Origin: Owenia fusiformis
Taxonomy: Eukaryota
NCBI GenBank assembly: GCA_903813345.2
Contig: CAIIXF020000001.1
Coordinates: 16,678,001-16,742,000 of the forward strand
Length of the DNA: 64,000 bases
Direction of reading: 5' to 3'
The translations under genes and the position numbers were made by a program. Of this stretch, positions 57,862-64,000 are shown in pieces. The notes under the pieces were generated by a model. The model was not told the DNA's origin. It ran no database searches and was given only the letters and a program-made list of their open reading frames with translations. The number at the start of each line of letters is the position of its first letter. The stretch's first letter is position 1.

Positions 57862-58065
57862 TTAGCATAAACCAGGCTTCCTTAGTTCAACGTCGTTAAA
57901 CTCAATAACGGCGTTCTTTACTATTAGGAATTTTTTCTTGGGGCCATTATTGAGTTTAACCTCCATGCTATTCTTTTCTTTGATGCAAGTTGTGGATCTA
58001 TCGAAACCACTTTTTCTCGCTAATATGACACTGATACTTAACAATAATATAAAACCACATTTCAT
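57862..58065 (-). pseudogene. Truncated homolog of the 30348-30686 ORF
   Basis: Shared peptide and upstream DNA; similarity ends abruptly after EFNDVEL. Confidence 0.45.
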
Positions 58066-59945
58066 CAGGCGATTTCACATAATATTATTGTGTTAAATGT
58101 TCATTTTTAATCGTAAAATGAGTCTTATTCTTACCAATTTATGAGACGAATATTTCAACCGGCAATGTCTGTCTGTGCGTCGCCAAAGTAAACTTGGTCA
58201 GCGAAACGAAATTGTTCTTCAATATTGATATTTATTATAACCATCCAGTATGACCAAGGGCGTTACAATACCCGGGAATTTATCGGTTCGTGCAGTACTT
58301 GTTTGTGATAGCGCCATCTGCAGGTCACTGTGGTTATAGCCTAAAGTAATACGGGGTAGGATATCGGGAATTCGGTGCAGTTTCTATCCGTCGATTACGC
58401 TATGAATTGAAGCAAGTGTGACCACTTTATCCACTTAAACAATTTGATAATTGATCAAATCTTTAAACAAAAACGATAAACACGTCATACACTTCCTATC
58501 TCCTTAGAAATTAGCATGTATTTATCGGATTGTGTTTTCGGACGATGCTCGACCCAGACCACTAGGGAAATCCTTATGCTAATTAGTATGACGTCATATT
58601 TTCCTGGGGAATCCTAGATTTCAAAGCCTCGGTCTTTTATTCAATTGTGTCAAATGTAAACGTTCTTTTGCAGGCAGAAAATTGACAGATTAGCTTTTAA
58701 CTTTCAGCTTTGATGTTTAAATATTCTATATTTCTACCAGACTTCTTCCTGAATATCATATAATGTTATAACTTGATTTTGGACGATTGCCTGATTGATC
58801 CTTTCTGAAATTTTGATTGTGATCAGGCATGATTGATTGGCAAGAAAAATAATTCCTATTGTTTTCCAGCGAAGTATAAATGTTACAGCATAAATTATAA
58901 TAAGTGGGAAGTAGAATAAAGGATGGACGGGGCTGGTGGCCCTACCAGCCCCCCCCCCCGGGCCAGCCCCACCAATTCACAAGCATACACATACTAGACA
59001 AACACACCCAGGCTCCAGGCCGTGATGGAAATATAAAACTATTTAGGGCACAAAATGGTATTTAATAGACCGATATGTAGTGAATCCGCCATGTATTGAA
59101 GGTAAAACAATCTGCATTAATGTTACTTCTATCAATACATGGATTGTGCCATGGAAAACTTTGGGGAGTAGTCGGCCATTTTGAAAAATGGCCACCATTT
59201 CTATGTGTGTTATTTTACATTTTTATTATAACTCATAAAGTAATAGAGCGATTTTGTTCATATTTGATATGCGAATACTCGTAAGGATTGCATACTGTCT
59301 CATGACATTTTGAGTAGTAAGCGGCCATTTTAAAAAATGGCCACCATTGGCAATCTTTTAAGAATTTTATATGTGGCTACTTAAAAGCATATTACTTCTG
59401 ATGACAACTTGGCTTGGTGATCAACCATTTTGAAAATGGTGGCCTTTCTTATGGGTGTTATTTTATGATATTTGCTATATATTTTGTATGTAAAAATGCC
59501 AGCCATTTCTGTTCGATGGGATTCGCTACGCTTTGGCGTTGCCGTTGTTCTGGTTAAAATGAGTGTTGTATCTTTTATTAAGTGATCTAATCATTTTAGA
59601 GGTATCTCATTATTCATTCATAAATATATTTATGATTGTTTACATCTCATGCCATGGAAGATTTAAATATTAACAGCACTCCCTATATACTGATTACTGA
59701 CCCCCATAGAATATAGAAATTAAGCAGGGAGTAGTACAGAATCACAAGTTACTTGTGCTTATACACTTATTATGCCACTATGTACCCTCCTAAAAGGTTG
59801 TGTGAAAATATTTGGTTATGGTCCTGAGAAAGTATCTCTTTATAGTCAAATAATTTTCAGTGTCCCAAACAAAAATTCAAAAGAAAATATGATTCTTTCT
59901 TCTATTAATTATGTATTTTAATTTTCCATTTCCACTTTATTTCAG

Positions 59946-60097
59946 GTGAAAAAACAAAACTGCAGACGAAGCCAAAATCTCGGAGAAGCAAATCCAAGCA
60001 CCAAGATGTGGAGGGTGTATTCAAAACTATAGACACAGATATGGGCCAGTGGTCAGAGACATCTATTATCAAAAGCTCTGATGAAGGCAGTAGCTAG
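59946..60097 (+). other. HELLS: Duplicate of the HELLS terminal coding exon
   Basis: Same sequence as 48194-48345, including the acceptor and 3' UTR. Confidence 0.9.
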
Positions 60098-61627
60098 AGC
60101 ATGACCTTGTTTATTGTAGCTGGAGTCTACAATCCTATGTTATGAACAACAGATTCGGTGTTTTTAAATTGCATTCAAATAAATAGATAATTGGGGACTA
60201 AATGTTTGATGCAGAACTAATTAGAAGTGTTTAATGAACATTTTCATCACTATAATACTACATTTGTATAGTTTAATGAGCAGTAGTATAGCCATGACAA
60301 CTACAGCCAATAGAGACCTTTTAACAAAAATATTGTATTTCACAAATCTTGAAATGGAAATGTCTTTCTTATTGCATAATGAATAGGACAATTTACAATA
60401 TATTTGGGAAATGGTCCCTGACCTGTTCAACTTTTCCCATCAAGGCCAAAGAAATAGAAGTCAAATAAGACCTTTGATGATTGTTTGATTTAAAATTAGA
60501 TCTAGTGATAGGGCATCTTTCATAACTTAATAAAGAAATCCTAAGACATAATAATCCAATAAAAGTAAATTTGAAAATATTATATATAATATGCTTATAA
60601 GCCTACTTAATTTTACTTTAAATCTCAGGAATATAATTTGCAGATCACTAAGACAGTCCAGACATTGATTGAGCCAAAAGTGTATTATTATATATTTTTT
60701 TATATACAGTAGTCAGTAGTTACTTTATTTTTATATTTCTATAGCCTATAGACATGATAGATAGAACTGTATGTATTTGCTTATTTTAAAACAAAATACA
60801 TTTTTTGGTGAAGAGAAGACCATTTGTACTTGCGTCTCATGGATCTTACTAAAATATTGCAGAATTTTTGTTATTTTGTGACAAAAAGTTCATGATTCAT
60901 ATTTGTTTTAAATTTCAAGATATGAGCACCAAAGATCAAAAGAAATTGAAGATGTTATAATATTGTTGCATTCTGTCAGAGTTTAAAAGTTGTAGCCATA
61001 CTGAATGTGATATACTGTATCAATTCAAATATAAGACACCTTAGTTGTACCATATTTGTAATCTGTAAGGTTATATATGTTGAACTGATATTCAAAACAG
61101 TAGTTTATGAATAAAAAAAATAGTTTGTCATTTTATTATTTTATTTACAGAGAATTAAAGTGGAAAATATAGTGTATCAAAACTCTATCTGTACTTAGAG
61201 CTACTCTTGAGTCTTGAAATATGAGGGAGGGGCAATCCTGAACATTTGAACATGTGTCAAGGGTAGAAGGGGGAGGGTTGAAAAATAGTGAAGGTGTAAG
61301 AGCGAAAGAAGGGGAGTAGAAAAGGAGTCAAGTATTCGGTATCATAGTAACAGTTTAGCATTCACATCACCATGTTTCGCTTTCATTTCCAAAATTCATC
61401 CCAATAGGACAAAAACTTCCCAAAAACAAACGGGGAATCTCTAACCTTTCATATGAGCCTATAAATGAAATTTGCCAAGTTAATGACTTGAGATTGGCAT
61501 CTAAACCTGTGATCTCTTGAAATATTTAGTCCTAATTGTTGCTGTAATGACCCGAAGGTATTTCTGAGGAAACACAGAGTGCAGTGTGGTAAGCCACATT
61601 CAAGGGGTGAAAGAATGCTAAATGCAA

Positions 61628-61700
61628 TGCCCCGTGTGGAAATCAAACCTAGAACTCTTCAATCCAAAGCCTGATCGTCTACCAACTGAGCTATCAAAGC
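61628..61700 (-). pseudogene. tRNA-derived pseudogene or SINE head (duplicate)
   Basis: Copy of 49876-49948. Confidence 0.65.
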
Positions 61701-62552
61701 TTTGGCGAAGAAGCTGTGCTGTAGTACCATATCTAGTATCAACTTTCTATCCATGGCATTTACAAGAATAGTTCAGATGTGATGACCAATTAACGTTTTG
61801 ATTAATCTTGCGAATTGTCAAAACCTTTGCCAGAGCAATCAATAAGATATTTTAAGTTATACATATATGCAAAATACATCCAAATACATGTAGTTCTCAG
61901 GGTTTCCCAATAGGCATAACTTCATGTAATTCAGCTATAAACACATGTTGGAAGCTGAAACTTAAGATGTGACCACTGCAGTGATATATTGAAGGCCTAC
62001 ACCAAAATTGGAGTTTGACCTTGGAATGACATACAATTATTCCAGAATTGACCTTCACACACATTGATAATATCTGAGACCATCATAAAATATGAACACC
62101 ATAATTGTATATTTTACAGGAAGCCATATACATGTTTCTAAGTATTTGTGTTTAAAAGAAAACTGATTGGAATAACTATTTTCCTTTACCTAAACAAATA
62201 GTGACCGAAATTACCCGAGTCTCTAGCTTGCATAGAGATAGCTTTGGATCCAAGTCAACCTAAACAGTACGACTTAAACGATTCAACACCCGTGTATTAC
62301 TACACAAAACGAAATCAATAATAAAGTTTCCCGGGAGTAAGATTTTCTACCTGGAAAAAACATTTTGGTACTATTTCTTTTTGCAATCTAGCAAGTTATA
62401 CACATTGAATATTAAGAAAAAACAGTATTGAATGAAAAATTTGTACATTTAAAGAATTTTGTTTAGTTTATTGATAATCAAAACCTTCAAATCATGTAAA
62501 TATTAGGATTCGAAAATGTGGTTCTCGCTGAATTGAAGGTCGACAATCGTAA

Positions 62553-62681
<129 letters not shown>

Positions 62682-62847
62682 TGAGCTGTTTTCGTAAAAT
62701 GACCGGTTAAAACGTTAAATCACTTACATTAGGACTTTGAAATGATGCCAAGATTTCAAGATGTTGATGATTTTCACGTTTCTTTACAATCAACATAGAA
62801 AATGGGTCAGTTGAGGTCAGTCAAAATGTCGATATCTGTATCAATAA

Positions 62848-63277
62848 CCCAGATGCGAGTAGAAATAATCTTGATTTACGTCATTAAAAATTCAAAATTC
62901 AGTCAAACTAATATCATATTTGAAATCTTCATGTAAAATTACATCTAGAAATGTGGTTTTAAAAAGTGTTTATCAACTTTGAAAAATTAATTTTCTTTGA
63001 AAATGTGACTTCTAGCTCGGGGAGATTCCCCATAGACCCCATGCTATAAAATCACAAAAAATGAAATATCTTTTATTTTAGTGGACAGATAATATTTTGC
63101 TTTACTGGACATATCTTCATTAGTATAAGTATCAGACGCATAAGGGTTATATGAAAATTGAGCCACTTAAATTGATAACATTCAAGTTTAAGGGAACTTT
63201 CTCATATACCTGCCATGTTAATTGACCCGAATCAGCCACCTGGTGGTGAAACTGGTAACTACCTACTCGCATTTGGG
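62848..63277. mobile_element. Intact 430-bp MITE containing the empty piggyBac site
   Basis: TAA|CCCAGATGCGAGTAG ... CTACTCGCATTTGGG|TAA. Confidence 0.88.
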
Positions 63278-63355
63278 TAATTACAATAGTGAGATTGTCT
63301 TAAAGTAGCATATTTGTATCTTTAGAATAACAACAACAGCCTTGATATCTAACGT

Positions 63356-63559
63356 TTAGCATAAACCAGGCTTCCTTAGTTCAACGTCGTTAAACTCAAT
63401 AACGGCGTTCTTTACTATTAGGAATTTTTTCTTGGGGCCATTATTGAGTTTAACCTCCATGCTATTCTTTTCTTTGATGCAAGTTGTGGATCTATCGAAA
63501 CCACTTTTTCTCGCTAATATGACACTGATACTTAACAATAATATAAAACCACATTTCAT
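63356..63559 (-). pseudogene. Duplicate of the 57862-58065 fragment
   Basis: Identical translation. Confidence 0.45.
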
Positions 63560-64000
63560 CAGGCGATTTCACATAATATTATTGTGTTAAATGTTCATTT
63601 TTAATCGTAAAATGAGTCTTATTCTTACCAATTTATGAGACGAATATTTCAACCGGCAATGTCTGTCTGTGCGTCGCCAAAGTAAACTTGGTCAGCGAAA
63701 CGAAATTGTTCTTCAATATTGATATTTATTATAACCATCCAGTATGACCAAGGGCGTTACAATACCCGGGAATTTATCGGTTCGTGCAGTACTTGTTTGT
63801 GATAGCGCCATCTGCAGGTCACTGTGGTTATAGCCTAAAGTAATACGGGGTAGGATATCGGGAATTCGGTGCAGTTTCTATCCGTCGATTACGCTATGAA
63901 TTGAAGCAAGTGTGACCACTTTATCCACTTAAACAATTTGATAATTGATCAAATCTTTAAACAAAAACGATAAACACGTCATACACTTCCTATCTCCTTA

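Overview
AT-rich, intron-rich animal (invertebrate-type) genomic DNA. The + strand carries three host genes: the 3' part of a BAZ2A/B (toutatis-like) gene (61-18008), an apparently complete 20-exon HELLS/LSH SNF2 helicase gene (31746-48345), and exon 1 of AMPK alpha (50810-50906). A 108-aa secreted Cys-rich two-repeat peptide precursor is nested antisense in a HELLS intron (36260-36586). A 6254-bp piggyBac element (51440-57693, TTAA TSD) encodes an intact 609-aa transposase split by five spliceosomal introns. The segment starting at 47404 is repeated almost identically from 59156 to the window end, but without the piggyBac (empty TTAA at 63188). Other structure includes a palindromic Academ derivative, a foldback element with a nested Harbinger-type MITE, Helentron-associated (HINE/DINE-1-like) elements, several MITEs, a 49-bp minisatellite and a 47-bp tandem array made of repeated copies of a BAZ2 splice acceptor. 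Exon models and family assignments were made by eye from GT-AG boundaries, phase continuity and known motifs; no database searches were run.
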